This document shows, piece by piece, positions 31,867 through 43,197 of a stretch of 64,000 bases of DNA; the stretch's first letter is position 1; each line of letters opens with the position of its first letter. The stretch comes from Wenzhouxiangella sp. Lineage in GTDB: Bacteria; Pseudomonadota; Gammaproteobacteria; Xanthomonadales; Wenzhouxiangellaceae. The stretch is from contig DATGSU010000126.1 in NCBI GenBank assembly GCA_035302305.1, positions 5,236 to 69,235 of the forward strand, read 5' to 3'. Position numbers and translations under genes: made by a program. The notes beneath the pieces were generated by a model. It had not been told where the DNA came from, made no database searches, and saw nothing but the letters and a program-made list of their open reading frames with translations.

Positions 31867-31919
31867 TCAGCAGCCGGGCGTCAGAAAGCTGGACAGTGCC
31901 TGGAACGGAACCTGGGCGA

Positions 31920-33449
31920 TCACAGCTCGAACTTGATGCCCTGGGCCAGCGGCAGGTCGGATGACCAGTTGACGGTGTTGGTCTGGCGGCGCATGTAGGC
32001 CTTCCATGAATCCGAACCGGATTCGCGCCCGCCGCCGGTTTCCTTTTCGCCGCCAAAGGCGCCGCCGATTTCGGCGCCCGAGGTGCCGATGTTGACGTTG
32101 GCAATGCCGCAGTCCGATCCCTGGTGCGACAGGAAGTACTCGGCGCGGCGCAAATCGGTGGTGAAGATTGATGAAGACAGGCCCTGGGGGACGTCATTTT
32201 GCATGGCCACGGCGTCTTCGAGGCGGCTGAACTTCATGACGTACAGGATGGGCGCAAAGGTTTCTTCCTGGACGATGTCCCAGTGGTTTTCGGCCTCGAT
32301 AATGGTGGGCTCGACAAATGAGCCCTGGCGGTCGATGCGCTTGCCGCCCGTGAGCACCTTGCCGCCGGCCTCGGTGGCGCGGGCCACGGCCTGCTCGAAG
32401 TTTTTGACGGCATTTTCATCGGTCAGCGGGCCCATGAGTGTGTTTTCATCCAGCGGGTCGCCAATGCGAACCTGCCCATAGGCGTTGACCAGCGCTTCTA
32501 TTGTTTGATCGTAAACAGTTTCGTGCACAAACAGGCGGCGCGTGGTGGTGCAGCGCTGGCCGGCGGTGCCCACGGCACCAAACACAATGGCCGGTATGGC
32601 CAGATCCAGGTCGGCGGTTTCATCGACAATGATGGCGTTGTTGCCGCCCAGTTCCAGCAGGCTCTTGCCCATGCGTGCAGCCACGCGCTCACCGACCATG
32701 CGGCCAACCTTGCTGGAGCCGGTAAACGACATCAGGTCAACGCGCCTGTCGTCAATGAAGCGGCTTGAAAGCTCGTGGGCGGGTTCCATGAACGAGGTGA
32801 AAATGGGCGGGTAGTCGGTGTCTGCCAAAGCCTCGTTGACGATATTCTGAACCGCCACAGCGCACAGGGCACCCTTGGGGCTGGGCTTCCAGACCGTGGC
32901 GTTGCCGCAGATGGCCGACAGGAAGGCGTTCCATGCCCATACGGCCACCGGAAAGTTGAAGGCGGTGGAAACGCCCACCACGCCCAGCGGATGCCACTGC
33001 TCAAACAGACGGTGGCCAGGGCGTTCGGAGTGCATGGAGTAGCCGTACAGCATGCGTGACTGGCCCAGAGCAAAATCGCCAATATCAATCATTTCCTGGA
33101 CTTCGCCATCGCCTTCGGGCTTGATTTTGCCCATTTCCAGCGCAACCAGCGAGCCCAGCGCGTCCTGATAGTCGCGCAGGGCATCGTTGGCCAGCCGCAC
33201 GGCGTTGCCGCGTTCGGGTGCGGGCACCAGCCGCCAGGCCACAGCGGTTTCGCGGGCCGTGGCCATAACCTTTTCATAATCATCAACGGTGGCGCCGCTG
33301 ATGCGGGCAATGACTTCGCCGGTGGTGGGGTTAATGGAGTCAAACAGGTTATCTTCGCGGATTTCTGCAAATTTCCCGGGGCCGAAGCACGCGCCGGGGT
33401 TGACGTCCTTGAGGCCCAGACGTTTGAGTAGCTGGCTGTGGTCGCTCAT
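31920..33449 (-). CDS. ALDH7-family aldehyde dehydrogenase (piperideine-6-carboxylate/aminoadipate-semialdehyde dehydrogenase-like)
   Basis: [57 protein letters not shown]. Confidence 0.9.
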   Translation of the reverse strand: MSDHSQLLKRLGLKDVNPGACFGPGKFAEIREDNLFDSINPTTGEVIARISGATVDDYEKVMATARETAVAWRLVPAPERGNAVRLANDALRDYQDALGSLVALEMGKIKPEGDGEVQEMIDIGDFALGQSRMLYGYSMHSERPGHRLFEQWHPLGVVGVSTAFNFPVAVWAWNAFLSAICGNATVWKPSPKGALCAVAVQNIVNEALADTDYPPIFTSFMEPAHELSSRFIDDRRVDLMSFTGSSKVGRMVGERVAARMGKSLLELGGNNAIIVDETADLDLAIPAIVFGAVGTAGQRCTTTRRLFVHETVYDQTIEALVNAYGQVRIGDPLDENTLMGPLTDENAVKNFEQAVARATEAGGKVLTGGKRIDRQGSFVEPTIIEAENHWDIVQEETFAPILYVMKFSRLEDAVAMQNDVPQGLSSSIFTTDLRRAEYFLSHQGSDCGIANVNIGTSGAEIGGAFGGEKETGGGRESGSDSWKAYMRRQTNTVNWSSDLPLAQGIKFEL

Positions 33450-33567
33450 GTTTGTCTCTTCCTGGTGGGGTTGTTTGTGTGTCAAACAATCTATTATCGC
33501 ATTCCGGAGCCAACGGTTCACGGTCGCGCCATGATATTCTTTGGCCGAGGAAATATTGGCGATTCAT

Positions 33568-33594
33568 GAACTATCCGGCCGGGCCACGGTCTTC
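33568..33594 (+). promoter_or_regulatory. Possible sigmaE autoregulatory promoter of rpoE
   Basis: GAACT-17 nt-TCTTC upstream of rpoE; imperfect match. Confidence 0.4.
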
Positions 33595-33642
33595 ATACAA
33601 CGTGAGCCCGGTCGTTTGTGCATAAGGACGGGGAAACCCCCG

Positions 33643-34221
33643 ATGAACGAGCGGGAAGTCGATCAAGAACTGGTAGAGCGTGTACAAAATGGCGACAAAT
33701 CGGCCTTTGATGTGCTGGTTGGAAAGTACCAGCACAAGATCGTCAGCCTGGTGACCCGCTATGTCAATGACCACGCTGAAGCAATGGACATTGCCCAGGA
33801 GGCCTTCATCAAGGCGTATCGGGCCATCGGCCGGTTTCGCGGCGACAGCGCCTTTTACACGTGGCTTTACCGGATTGCCGTCAATACGGCCAAAAACCAC
33901 CTTGTTGCGCAAAGCCGCCGCCCGCCGCGCAGCGACGTTGATGCCCAGGATGCGGAACAATTCCACGTTGATTCGCGTCTTAAGGAGCAAGGCACGCCAG
34001 AACATGATGCGCTGCGCGGAGAACTTGAGCGCACCATTCACCAGGCCATTGCCGACCTGCCCGACGATTTGCGGGTTGCCATTACCCTGCGCGAGTTTGA
34101 CGGCATGAGTTATGAAGACATTGCAACCACCATGGATTGCCCGATCGGAACCGTCCGGTCGCGTATTTTCAGGGCTCGTGAAGCCATAGACAAGCGGTTG
34201 CGGCCGCTACTTGATGATTAA
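33643..34221 (+). CDS. rpoE: RNA polymerase sigma-E factor
   Basis: DQELVERVQ, FRGDSAFYTWLYRIAVNTAKN, CPIGTVRSRIFRARE. Confidence 0.98.
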   Translation: MNEREVDQELVERVQNGDKSAFDVLVGKYQHKIVSLVTRYVNDHAEAMDIAQEAFIKAYRAIGRFRGDSAFYTWLYRIAVNTAKNHLVAQSRRPPRSDVDAQDAEQFHVDSRLKEQGTPEHDALRGELERTIHQAIADLPDDLRVAITLREFDGMSYEDIATTMDCPIGTVRSRIFRAREAIDKRLRPLLDD

Positions 34222-34236
34222 CAGGATGTTTGCCTT

Positions 34237-34857
34237 ATGACTGAATCCCGGGAAAATCTGTCGTCCCTGATGGACGGCGAACTGGACCGCAGGGGGAGAC
34301 GGTTTTTGCTGCGTCGCCTGGCCGGCGATGCGGCACTGAAAGCAGACTGGAACCGAATGCACACGGTGCGCGCCTGCATTCAGGGCGATACGCTGGCAGA
34401 TGCCGGCTTTGCCAGCAGGGTGGCTGCGGCCATAGAAGCCGAGCCGGCGCCCAGACAAAACATTTCATCGCGCCTGCTGCGCCCTGCTGCCGGCGCTGCA
34501 ATTGCCGCCAGCGTGGCGGTTGTGGCGCTGATAGGTTTCAATGCCAGCGTCATGAACGGTTCGGACGGCTCCACGCAGCTGCCTGGTGAAGCCCGGAGCT
34601 TTGTCAGCCAGCCCACATCGCTGGATCGCGATTTTGCCCGGTCGCCGGTTCCGGTCAGCCTGTCCGAAGACCGGCAGGCACGACAGGCCCAGCGGCATCG
34701 CCTGAGCAGTTATGTCATGCGGCACCACCAGGCGGCGGGCAGCACCGGCTTTGTTTCCTGGGTGCCCATTGTTGCCGACATGGAAGAGCGGCCGCAGCCG
34801 GTGGTGGTGGTGGATAACGACGCGGTCGACGGCGATCGCCAGGAAACAAATCCCTGA
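34237..34857 (+). CDS. rseA: Anti-sigmaE factor RseA/MucA
   Basis: ENLSSLMDGE, AIAASVA TM segment, YVMRH; synteny. Confidence 0.9.
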   Translation: MTESRENLSSLMDGELDRRGRRFLLRRLAGDAALKADWNRMHTVRACIQGDTLADAGFASRVAAAIEAEPAPRQNISSRLLRPAAGAAIAASVAVVALIGFNASVMNGSDGSTQLPGEARSFVSQPTSLDRDFARSPVPVSLSEDRQARQAQRHRLSSYVMRHHQAAGSTGFVSWVPIVADMEERPQPVVVVDNDAVDGDRQETNP

Positions 34858-34865
34858 GACTGCTC

Positions 34866-35861
34866 ATGCGCGCATTGATTTCCCGTCGAGGATTGAACGT
34901 TCTGCTGGCCGGCCTTGCGCTTTCGGCGGCAACAACAGGCTGGGCCGGAGACAGTGTCAGGGGCTGGCTGGACCGCATGTCGCGAGCGGTCGAGACGCTG
35001 GATTACAAGGGCACCCTGGTTCATGTACACAACGGCCAGGTTGATACCCTGAAGATTTTTCATCGCGCCGATGAAAATGGCGTGCGCCAGCGCATCTACT
35101 CCATTGACGGGACCAGGCGCGAAGTCATCCGCTCGGGCGACAGCGTGCGCTGTTTTTTTCCGGGTGAAGAGCCGACCATGCTTGAAAGCCGGCTGGCAGG
35201 CAGGCTGATGCCGGCGCTGCCGGTCAGCCGCCTGCTGGGCCCCGATTCCGGTTATCTGATGTCGCTTGGCGATACCGAGCGTGTAGCCGGCATGACGGCC
35301 CGGGTTGTCAATATTCAGCCGCGCGATGCCTATCGCTACGGGTCACGCTTGTGGCTGGAGGAGCGAACCGGCATGCTGCTCAGATACGCGCTGATTGATC
35401 ACAACGGCAACCGGCTGCAGCAGCTGTCGTTTACGGCCATTGAGCTGGGCGCAAAGATTTCCGACGCCGAGCTTGAGCCCGAACTGTCGGGGCGACACTT
35501 TTCCATCCGGTCTGCCGATGAGGCGCTGCGTTCAAGCAGTGCGCCGGTGGCGCCCATATCGGTACAGCCCCAGGTGCCCAGCGGATTCAGGCTGGTCAAT
35601 GCCGGTCGCGGCCACGGAACCGACGGCAGCGAGTTCGAGCACCTGCTTTTCAGTGACGGTCTGTCCAGCTTTTCAATCTACATTGAGCCGGCCGTGGGCA
35701 AATCGACCGAAGCGGGCATTGAGGCGCTGGGCCCTGTGCATGTCTATACAACCCGCAGCACCGGCTATCAGTACACCGTAATTGGCGAAGTACCGGCCGA
35801 AACCGTTGGCTATGTGGGGCGCCAGCTGCGTCGCGGCGGCAGACATTCGGTGCGCCACTGA
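34866..35861 (+). CDS. rseB: RseB/MucB periplasmic regulator
   Basis: Signal peptide; LDYKGT, PRDAYRYG, FSDGLSSFSIYIE, VIGEVP. Confidence 0.9.
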   Translation: MRALISRRGLNVLLAGLALSAATTGWAGDSVRGWLDRMSRAVETLDYKGTLVHVHNGQVDTLKIFHRADENGVRQRIYSIDGTRREVIRSGDSVRCFFPGEEPTMLESRLAGRLMPALPVSRLLGPDSGYLMSLGDTERVAGMTARVVNIQPRDAYRYGSRLWLEERTGMLLRYALIDHNGNRLQQLSFTAIELGAKISDAELEPELSGRHFSIRSADEALRSSSAPVAPISVQPQVPSGFRLVNAGRGHGTDGSEFEHLLFSDGLSSFSIYIEPAVGKSTEAGIEALGPVHVYTTRSTGYQYTVIGEVPAETVGYVGRQLRRGGRHSVRH

Positions 35862-35872
35862 GCGCGGTTGCC

Positions 35873-36352
35873 GTGATCTGGCAGCCGGCTCGCATTCTCT
35901 CCGTTGACCAGCAAAAAATGACGCTGGGCTTTTCCGTCTCTTCGCCACAGTGCGAACGCTGTGCGCGTGGTGAAGGCTGCGGGGCGGGCGTGTTCAGCAG
36001 GCTGCTTGCATATGGCAAAGCACAGCTTGTTTTGCCGGCGCAGCCCGGTCTGCGCCCGGGTGACTGGGTGTCGGTGGGCGTGGAACGCCGTCGGCTGGCG
36101 CTGGCTGCGGTGCTGAGGTATGTCCTGCCGCTGGCAGGTTTTCTGGTTTTTGCCGCAGCTGCCCACGCCCTTGCCGGCGGTTTGCCAGGGCAGGATATTG
36201 TGGCGCTGCTTGCCGGCCTGGCCGGCTTTGCGTCAGTTTCCCTGATTGTTGATCATGGCTCGAAAATGAGTTTGAACCCTGTCATGCGATCATTGTCTTT
36301 TTGTGGCAACACAGATCGCTTTTCTTCAAAACCGTCAAGGACAGATAAATGA
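35873..36352 (+). CDS. rseC: RseC/MucC family protein
   Basis: CERC...GCG motif plus two TM helices; synteny. Confidence 0.82.
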   Translation: MIWQPARILSVDQQKMTLGFSVSSPQCERCARGEGCGAGVFSRLLAYGKAQLVLPAQPGLRPGDWVSVGVERRRLALAAVLRYVLPLAGFLVFAAAAHALAGGLPGQDIVALLAGLAGFASVSLIVDHGSKMSLNPVMRSLSFCGNTDRFSSKPSRTDK

Positions 36353-37761
36353 TTCGGAAAACAACGCAGATCACGGCGGCTTTTCTATTGGCGGCGCTGG
36401 CTCAGCTGGCGGTGGCCAATCCTGACTTTACTGACCTGGTTGAGCGTTCCGTGCCGGCTGTTGTCAATATTGATACAACCCAGTTTGGCACCCGCCCCGG
36501 TGAAGCATCGAGCGATGACCGGCAGCTGCCGGACGGTTTGCCCGACTTGTTTCGTCACTTTTTTGATCAGCCGCCGGGCGACCGCGGTCGCCCCGACCGC
36601 CACAGCGGCGGCTCCGGGTTCATCATTGAGTCCGACGGGCTGATCATTACAAATCATCATGTGATTGATGGCGCCGACAGAATCATGGTTCGTCTTTCGG
36701 ATCGCCGTGAATACGAGGCCGAGCTCATTGGCTCCGACGCAGAAACCGATATAGCGATACTGCGCATTGACGCCTCGGACCTGCCCACGCTGGAATTTGG
36801 TTCCACCGACACCCTCAAGCCCGGGGAGTGGGTGATCGCCATTGGCTCGCCCTTTCAGTTTGAGCAGTCGGTTACGGCCGGCATCATCAGCGCCAAGGGT
36901 CGCAGCCAGGGCGCCCGCCAGCAGTATGTGCCTTTCATTCAGACCGATGTGGCCATCAACCGCGGCAATTCCGGCGGGCCGCTGATCAGCACCGACGGCA
37001 AGGTGGTCGGCATCAATTCCTGGATTCTGAGTTCGCACGGTGGCAATATTGGCCTGTCCTTTTCGATTCCGTCCGAGGTGGCGCAAAACTCGGTTGAACA
37101 GCTGCTCGAGCACGGCGAGGTGGCGCGCGGGTTTGTGGGCATACAGCTGCAGGCCGTCAGCCGTGATCAGGCCGACGCGCTTGGGCTGGACAGAACGGCA
37201 GGCGCCCTGATTGCCCACGTGGAGCCGGGCAGCCCGGCTGAAGAGGCGGGGCTGGAAGCCGGTGATGTGGTGCTGGCCTTCAACGGCATTCCCATTGATC
37301 GTCATCACGAGCTGCCGCCGCTGGTTGGCATGGAGCGCCCGGGAACCGATGTGGAACTGACCATATGGCGCTGGGGCGAACGCCACACCATTGACGTGAC
37401 GCTTGGCAAAAGCGATGCCGGAGCCGACACGGCTACACGCGGCAGCGGAGATTCAGGCACACCTTCCAATGCGCTGGGTCTGGTTGTCGAACCGCTTGAG
37501 GAAGAGCAGAAGCGCCGCTATGAAAATGCCGAAGGCGGCGTGGTGGTTGCCGAAGTGGAAAGCGACCGGGCCTACCGGGCCGGTATTCGGCGCGGCCAGC
37601 TGATTCTGATGATCAACAACCAGGCGGTTGACTCGGTTGAGGACTTCAACCGCATTGCAGCCGATGTCGTGCCCGGTGCTGCAGTGGCCCTGCTGGTCCA
37701 GCAGCCGGGAGGCGCAACCGCTTTTCTGGCCTATCGCCCGGAAAGCCCGGACGAGGACTAG
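36349..37761 (+). CDS. degP: DegP/DegQ (MucD) serine endoprotease with PDZ domains
   Basis: GSGFII, TNHHV, QTDVAINRGNSGGPL, two PDZ-like domains. Confidence 0.92.
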   Translation: MIRKTTQITAAFLLAALAQLAVANPDFTDLVERSVPAVVNIDTTQFGTRPGEASSDDRQLPDGLPDLFRHFFDQPPGDRGRPDRHSGGSGFIIESDGLIITNHHVIDGADRIMVRLSDRREYEAELIGSDAETDIAILRIDASDLPTLEFGSTDTLKPGEWVIAIGSPFQFEQSVTAGIISAKGRSQGARQQYVPFIQTDVAINRGNSGGPLISTDGKVVGINSWILSSHGGNIGLSFSIPSEVAQNSVEQLLEHGEVARGFVGIQLQAVSRDQADALGLDRTAGALIAHVEPGSPAEEAGLEAGDVVLAFNGIPIDRHHELPPLVGMERPGTDVELTIWRWGERHTIDVTLGKSDAGADTATRGSGDSGTPSNALGLVVEPLEEEQKRRYENAEGGVVVAEVESDRAYRAGIRRGQLILMINNQAVDSVEDFNRIAADVVPGAAVALLVQQPGGATAFLAYRPESPDED

Positions 37762-37871
37762 AGTCGCGTTTGCTGCCGACCGTATCGGTATAATTGAACG
37801 TCTTTACCCAATATCAGCAATCGCTCCGGGGCAGCCCGGAGCGATTCCAGCAAGGAACGTTCAGCTTACCG

Positions 37872-39677
37872 ATGTCCGACACCCGTCGTATTCGAAATTT
37901 TTCCATCATTGCGCACGTAGACCACGGCAAGTCCACGCTGGCCGACCGGTTCATTCAGGTTTGCGAGGGCCTGACCGAGCGCGAGATGGCAGCCCAGGTC
38001 CTCGATTCCATGGACCTGGAGCGTGAACGTGGCATTACCATCAAGGCGCAAAGCGTCACCCTGAACTTTGAAGCCGCGGACGGGCAGGTTTACCAGCTCA
38101 ATTTTATCGACACGCCCGGTCACGTGGATTTTTCCTATGAGGTTTCACGATCACTGGCCGCCTGTGAAGGCGCGCTGCTGGTGGTTGACGCCGCTCAGGG
38201 CGTGGAAGCCCAAAGCGTGGCCAACTGCTACACCGCCGTGGAGCAGGGTCTTGAAGTCATTCCGGTCATCAACAAGATTGACCTGCCGGCCGCCGACCCG
38301 GAGCGCGTCAAGCATCAGATCGAGGACATCATCGGCATTGATGCCAGCGATGCCCTGCTGGTCAGCGCCAAGACGGGAGAAGGCATTCGTGAGGTGCTTG
38401 AGGCGCTGGTCAAAAAAATTCCGCCGCCGGAAGACAGATCGGACGCACCGCTCAAGGCCCTTATTGTCGACTCCTGGTTTGACAACTACCTGGGCGTCAA
38501 CTCGCTGGTCAGGATTGAAGAAGGGCGCCTGACCAAGGGGGACAGGATAAGGCTGATGTCGTCCGGCAACGAGCACCCGGCCGATGAAATCGGTATTTTT
38601 ACCCCCAAGCGCAGTCCGCAGGACTCCCTTGAGTGTGGCCAGGTCGGTTTCATTGCTGCCGGCATCAAGGAAGTCAACGGTGCGCCTGTTGGCGACACCA
38701 TTACCAGCGCCAGGAATCCGGCTCAGGAACCCCTGCCGGGATTCAAGCCGCTGCAGCCGCGCGTGTTTGCCGGAGTTTTTCCGGTGGACTCATCCGATTA
38801 CACCGACCTGCGCGAGGCGCTCGACAGGCTGCAGCTCAATGACTCCGCCCTGTATTTCGAGCCTGAAACCTCCATGGCGCTGGGGTTCGGGTTTCGCTGC
38901 GGGTTTTTGGGCATGCTGCACATGGAAATTGTGCAGGAACGCCTGGAGCGCGAATACGACCTTGAACTCATCACGACAGCACCAACGGTCATTTATGAGC
39001 TGGAAATGACCAATGGCGACATCATTTACCTGGACAACCCGGCGGGCCTGCCCGATGCTGGCGAGATCAACGAAATACGCGAACCCGTCATTCTTGCCAA
39101 TATTCTTGTGCCGCAGGACTATATTGGCGGCGTGATTGGCCTGTGCGAAGAAAAGCGCGGAGAACAGCAGGACATGCGCTTTCTCGGCGGGCAGGTTCAG
39201 CTGACCTACGCCTTGCCCATGTCAGACGTGGTCATGGACTTTTTTGATCGCCTCAAGTCGGTCAGCCGTGGTTTTGCCTCTTTTGAATATGATTTTCTGC
39301 GCTACCAGGCCGGGCCCTTTGTAAGGCTGGACATTCTTATCAACGGCGAGCGTGTGGATGCGCTTTCCGTTATTGTCCACAGGGAGCAGGCCGATCGGCG
39401 CGGGCGTGATCTTGCCGAGCGCATGCGCGAACTGATCCCGCGCCAGATGTTCGATGTGGCCATCCAGGCCGCCATTGGCTCGCACATCATTGCGCGCTCA
39501 ACCGTCAAGGCCTTTCGCAAAAATGTCACCGCCAAATGCTATGGCGGCGATGTCAGCCGCAAACGCAAGCTGCTTGAAAAGCAAAAGGCCGGCAAGCGCC
39601 GCATGAAGCAGGTAGGAAAGATAGAAATTCCGCAGGAAGCGTTCCTGGCTGTTCTGCGAACCGATCAGGAGAACTGA
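37872..39677 (+). CDS. lepA: Elongation factor 4
   Basis: [34 protein letters not shown]. Confidence 0.99.
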   Translation: MSDTRRIRNFSIIAHVDHGKSTLADRFIQVCEGLTEREMAAQVLDSMDLERERGITIKAQSVTLNFEAADGQVYQLNFIDTPGHVDFSYEVSRSLAACEGALLVVDAAQGVEAQSVANCYTAVEQGLEVIPVINKIDLPAADPERVKHQIEDIIGIDASDALLVSAKTGEGIREVLEALVKKIPPPEDRSDAPLKALIVDSWFDNYLGVNSLVRIEEGRLTKGDRIRLMSSGNEHPADEIGIFTPKRSPQDSLECGQVGFIAAGIKEVNGAPVGDTITSARNPAQEPLPGFKPLQPRVFAGVFPVDSSDYTDLREALDRLQLNDSALYFEPETSMALGFGFRCGFLGMLHMEIVQERLEREYDLELITTAPTVIYELEMTNGDIIYLDNPAGLPDAGEINEIREPVILANILVPQDYIGGVIGLCEEKRGEQQDMRFLGGQVQLTYALPMSDVVMDFFDRLKSVSRGFASFEYDFLRYQAGPFVRLDILINGERVDALSVIVHREQADRRGRDLAERMRELIPRQMFDVAIQAAIGSHIIARSTVKAFRKNVTAKCYGGDVSRKRKLLEKQKAGKRRMKQVGKIEIPQEAFLAVLRTDQEN

Positions 39678-39681
39678 CCTC

Positions 39682-40470
39682 ATGAATCTGGACTTCGCGC
39701 TGATCCTGACCTTGCTGACCCTGGTGGCGGCCGTGCTCTGGGTGCTCGAAAAATTCTGGCTGCGCCCGCGGCGCAGAGGCAAGGAAGCATCCGGCGCGCT
39801 GGGCAAGACCACCGAAACCCTGGGCTCGCTGTTTCCCGTTTTGCTGCTGGTTCTGGTGTTTCGATCTTTCCTGTTCGAGCCGTTCAAAATACCCTCCGGC
39901 TCCATGATTCCAACATTGTGGATAGGCGATTTCATCGTTGTAAACAAGTTTTCCTACGGCCTGCGCCTGCCGGTACTGAACAAGAAAATCCTGTCAACCG
40001 GCGAGCCCGGGCGTGGTGATGTCATCGTGTTCAGGTACCCGGAAGACGAACGCGTCAACTACATCAAGCGCGTTATTGGTGTTCCGGGAGATTCAATCAG
40101 CTACCGCAACAAGGTGCTGTATATCAACGGCGAGCCTGCCGAACAGCAGCCCGACGGCCCATGGGTTGGCGAGGGCCTGAACCGCAATCCGCCTGGAAGC
40201 AGGCCGGTAAAATATACGGAAAGCCTGGGCGGGGGCGCGCACTCCATTGTGGTGTATCCACAGCGCGGCAACAACGGATTTCAGGCGGTTACAGTGCCGG
40301 AAGGTCACTATTTTGTCATGGGAGACAATCGCGACCAGTCGCTGGACAGTCGGTCCTGGGGCTTCGTGCCCGAGGAAAATCTGCTGGGCCGGGCGGTGCG
40401 AATCTGGATGCACTGGGACTGCTCCAGGGGTTGTATAGATTTTCGAAGAATTGGTGATAAGATCGAATAA
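39682..40470 (+). CDS. lepB: Signal peptidase I
   Basis: EPFKIPSGSMIPTL, YIKRVIG, GDNRDQSLDSR. Confidence 0.98.
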   Translation: MNLDFALILTLLTLVAAVLWVLEKFWLRPRRRGKEASGALGKTTETLGSLFPVLLLVLVFRSFLFEPFKIPSGSMIPTLWIGDFIVVNKFSYGLRLPVLNKKILSTGEPGRGDVIVFRYPEDERVNYIKRVIGVPGDSISYRNKVLYINGEPAEQQPDGPWVGEGLNRNPPGSRPVKYTESLGGGAHSIVVYPQRGNNGFQAVTVPEGHYFVMGDNRDQSLDSRSWGFVPEENLLGRAVRIWMHWDCSRGCIDFRRIGDKIE

Positions 40471-40507
40471 ACAGGGGAGACCGTGACATTCTGAGGGATC
40501 TGGAAAC

Positions 40508-40876
40508 ATGAAGTCATTGCAAGAACAGCGCGGCATGACCTTGATAGGATTTGTTTTTCTCCTGCTGGTCGTGCTGTTTTTCACCTATATTGGCATCAAG
40601 ATCGTACCTGTTTACATGAACCACGTTTCGCTGATGAGCGAGGTCAAATCGATCGCCTCCCAGCCCGGTGCGGCCAACAAATCGCCCAACGCCATTCGCA
40701 AGGAACTCGCCAGCCGCATTGAAATCAGCTACATAAAGCACGTTGAACCCAAACACATCAAAATCGAAACAGGAACAAACGCCCGCGTGCTGGTCAAATA
40801 CGATGTTGAACAACATCTGTTGGGAAACATTGATGCCATCATCCGCTTTGACAGTGCGCAACCCCTGCACAATTGA
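40508..40876 (+). CDS. DUF4845 family protein
   Basis: QRGMTL prepilin-like N-terminus; conserved lepB-rnc position. Confidence 0.8.
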   Translation: MKSLQEQRGMTLIGFVFLLLVVLFFTYIGIKIVPVYMNHVSLMSEVKSIASQPGAANKSPNAIRKELASRIEISYIKHVEPKHIKIETGTNARVLVKYDVEQHLLGNIDAIIRFDSAQPLHN

Positions 40877-41570
40877 AGAAACGGGTCGCCTGGCCGGAAT
40901 TGACTATCAGTTTTCGGACAGCCGCCTGCTTTTGCAGGCGCTGACCCACCGCAGCCACGGATCGTGTCACAATGAGCGGCTCGAGTTTCTTGGCGACAGC
41001 CTGTTGAATGCCATCATTGCCGAAAGTCTTTTTCATGACTGGCCGAATGCACCCGAAGGTGACCTGAGCAGGCTGCGCTCGCGGCTGGTCAGGGACGTTA
41101 CCCTGGCCAGGCTGGCCACCGGGCTTGAGCTGGGCGAGTATCTCAGGCTGGGCGCCGGCGAGCTCAAAAGCGGCGGGTTCTTGCGCGAGTCCATTCTTGC
41201 CGACGCCATGGAAGCCATCATCGGGGCCATATACCTTGATGGCGGCTTTGATGCAGCCCGTACCGTTGTCATGCAGCTGTTCGCCGAAAAACTGGACTCG
41301 CTGTCCGATGCCGACAGCCTCAAGGATCCGAAAACCAGGCTGCAGGAACTTTTGCAGGGCCGTGGCCATGAGCCGCCTGAATACGCCATTGTGGATGAGT
41401 TTGGCGCGGCTCATATACGCCGCTTTGTGGTTGAATGCAGCGCCGGCGGGCTGGTTGAGCCAACGCGGGCGGAGGCAGGCAGCAAGCGCAAGGCCGAGCA
41501 GGCCGCAGCCGCCGCAATGCTGCAACGCCTTCACGAACACTTCAAAACCCCCGACAGGGAATCACAATGA
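40854..41570 (+). CDS. rnc: Ribonuclease III
   Basis: ALTHRS, NERLEFLGDS, KDPKTRLQE dsRBD; start uncertain (GTG 40854). Confidence 0.96.
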   Translation: MRNPCTIEETGRLAGIDYQFSDSRLLLQALTHRSHGSCHNERLEFLGDSLLNAIIAESLFHDWPNAPEGDLSRLRSRLVRDVTLARLATGLELGEYLRLGAGELKSGGFLRESILADAMEAIIGAIYLDGGFDAARTVVMQLFAEKLDSLSDADSLKDPKTRLQELLQGRGHEPPEYAIVDEFGAAHIRRFVVECSAGGLVEPTRAEAGSKRKAEQAAAAAMLQRLHEHFKTPDRESQ

Positions 41571-42463
41571 CAAGCCTGCGCTGCGGCTACATCGCCATAC
41601 TCGGCCGGCCAAACACCGGCAAATCAACCTTGCTCAATGCTCTGGTAGGCGAGCCTGTTGCCATTGCCACCCACAAGCCGCAGACCACCCGGCACCGCAT
41701 TACCGGCATTGTCAACCGGCCGCAGGGGCAGGCCATTTTTGTTGACACACCCGGGCTTCACCGGCGCCGCAACCACGCGCTCAACCGCAGGCTCAACCGC
41801 ACCGCGGCCGATACGGCCAAGGGGGTTGATGTCATAGTCATGATGCTTGATGCCACGCGCTGGACCGATGAGGACGAACGCGTTCTCGAAATGATCAGCC
41901 GCATGGACGTGCCAAAAATCCTGGCCTTCAACAAGATTGATCTGCTGTCCGATCGCGGCGTGCTGCTTGAAAAAACCGCCGAGCTGACAGCCCGGGCCAA
42001 ATTTGACGCTGTGGTGTATCTGTCGGCCCTTAAGGAACAGGGCCTGAACGCTCTGCTTGATGAGGTCTTCGAAGTGCTGCCCGCAGGCAGCCCCGTGTAC
42101 GACTCCGAGCTGTTCACCGACAAATCTGAACGATTTCTGGCTGCAGAGCTGGTTCGTGAACAGCTCATGCTCAATCTTCACCAGGAAATTCCCTACGGCA
42201 TTACCGTTGTTATCGAGCGCTTCAGGCGGACCGGTCGCAGAGTTGAAATCAATGCCCTGATACTGGTTGCCAGCGAGCGCCACAAGGGCATGGTCATAGG
42301 GCGTGAAGGCCAGGTGCTCAAGCGGGTCGGTACCCGGGCGCGTCACAAAATCGCCCAGCTGCTGGACGAGCGTGTTCATCTCGAACTGCATGTCAAAACC
42401 CGCCGCGACTGGATGGACGACGAGCGCGCGCTTGACGAGCTGGGATACAGCCGCAGGGGTTGA
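41567..42463 (+). CDS. era: GTPase Era
   Basis: GRPNTGKST, PQTTR, DTPG, NKID, QEIPY. Confidence 0.97.
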   Translation: MTSLRCGYIAILGRPNTGKSTLLNALVGEPVAIATHKPQTTRHRITGIVNRPQGQAIFVDTPGLHRRRNHALNRRLNRTAADTAKGVDVIVMMLDATRWTDEDERVLEMISRMDVPKILAFNKIDLLSDRGVLLEKTAELTARAKFDAVVYLSALKEQGLNALLDEVFEVLPAGSPVYDSELFTDKSERFLAAELVREQLMLNLHQEIPYGITVVIERFRRTGRRVEINALILVASERHKGMVIGREGQVLKRVGTRARHKIAQLLDERVHLELHVKTRRDWMDDERALDELGYSRRG

Positions 42464-43197
42464 ATCCCTTGGCGCGGTTTGAGCACCAGCGCGGCTGGGT
42501 TGTCCATCGTCGCGCCTGGCGGGAATCCAGTCTTCTGGTCGAGTTTTTTTCTCGCGATCAGGGCCGCGTGGGGCTGGTGGCCAAGGGTGCCCGGGCAGCC
42601 CGTTCAGCCTGGCGCGGACAAATAGAGCCCTATGTTCCACTGTCCCTGTCCTGGTCGCGTCGCGGAGAAATGGGCACGCTGACCGCGCTTGACCCTTTGG
42701 AAACGGCCCTGCCCCTGACAGGGCAGGCGCTGTGGTGCGGGTTTTATGTAAATGAGCTGGTTCTGCGCCTGCTCAAGCGCGACGATCCGCATCCGCAAGT
42801 GTTTGACGCCTATTCGGCCGCCCTGCTCGGGCTTGCGCAGGGCGAAAAGACGCAGGCCCTGGTGCTGCGCCGCTTTGAAATGGAACTGCTGCGCGGTCTT
42901 GGCGTGGCGCCCGATTTTCACCATGACGCCCAAAGTGGCCGTCCCATAAGCCCCGACAAGCGCTATCATCTTAAGCTTGAAGCCGGGTTTTTTCCGGCTG
43001 ATGATTGCAGCAGACAGGCCTTCAGCGGGCAAACCATTCTGGCGCTGGCCAACGGCAGCTCACCCGATCGCGCCACGGCGCGCGAAATGCGGGCGCTGAT
43101 GCGTCGGCTCATTGATCAACAGCTTGGGGGGCGCCCGCTGGCCTCGCGCCAGCTGCTGGCAAGCGCCCGCACTCGAAAGCATGGAGATGAAAAGTGA
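42460..43197 (+). CDS. recO: DNA repair protein RecO
   Basis: [29 protein letters not shown]; follows era. Confidence 0.93.
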   Translation: MNPLARFEHQRGWVVHRRAWRESSLLVEFFSRDQGRVGLVAKGARAARSAWRGQIEPYVPLSLSWSRRGEMGTLTALDPLETALPLTGQALWCGFYVNELVLRLLKRDDPHPQVFDAYSAALLGLAQGEKTQALVLRRFEMELLRGLGVAPDFHHDAQSGRPISPDKRYHLKLEAGFFPADDCSRQAFSGQTILALANGSSPDRATAREMRALMRRLIDQQLGGRPLASRQLLASARTRKHGDEK

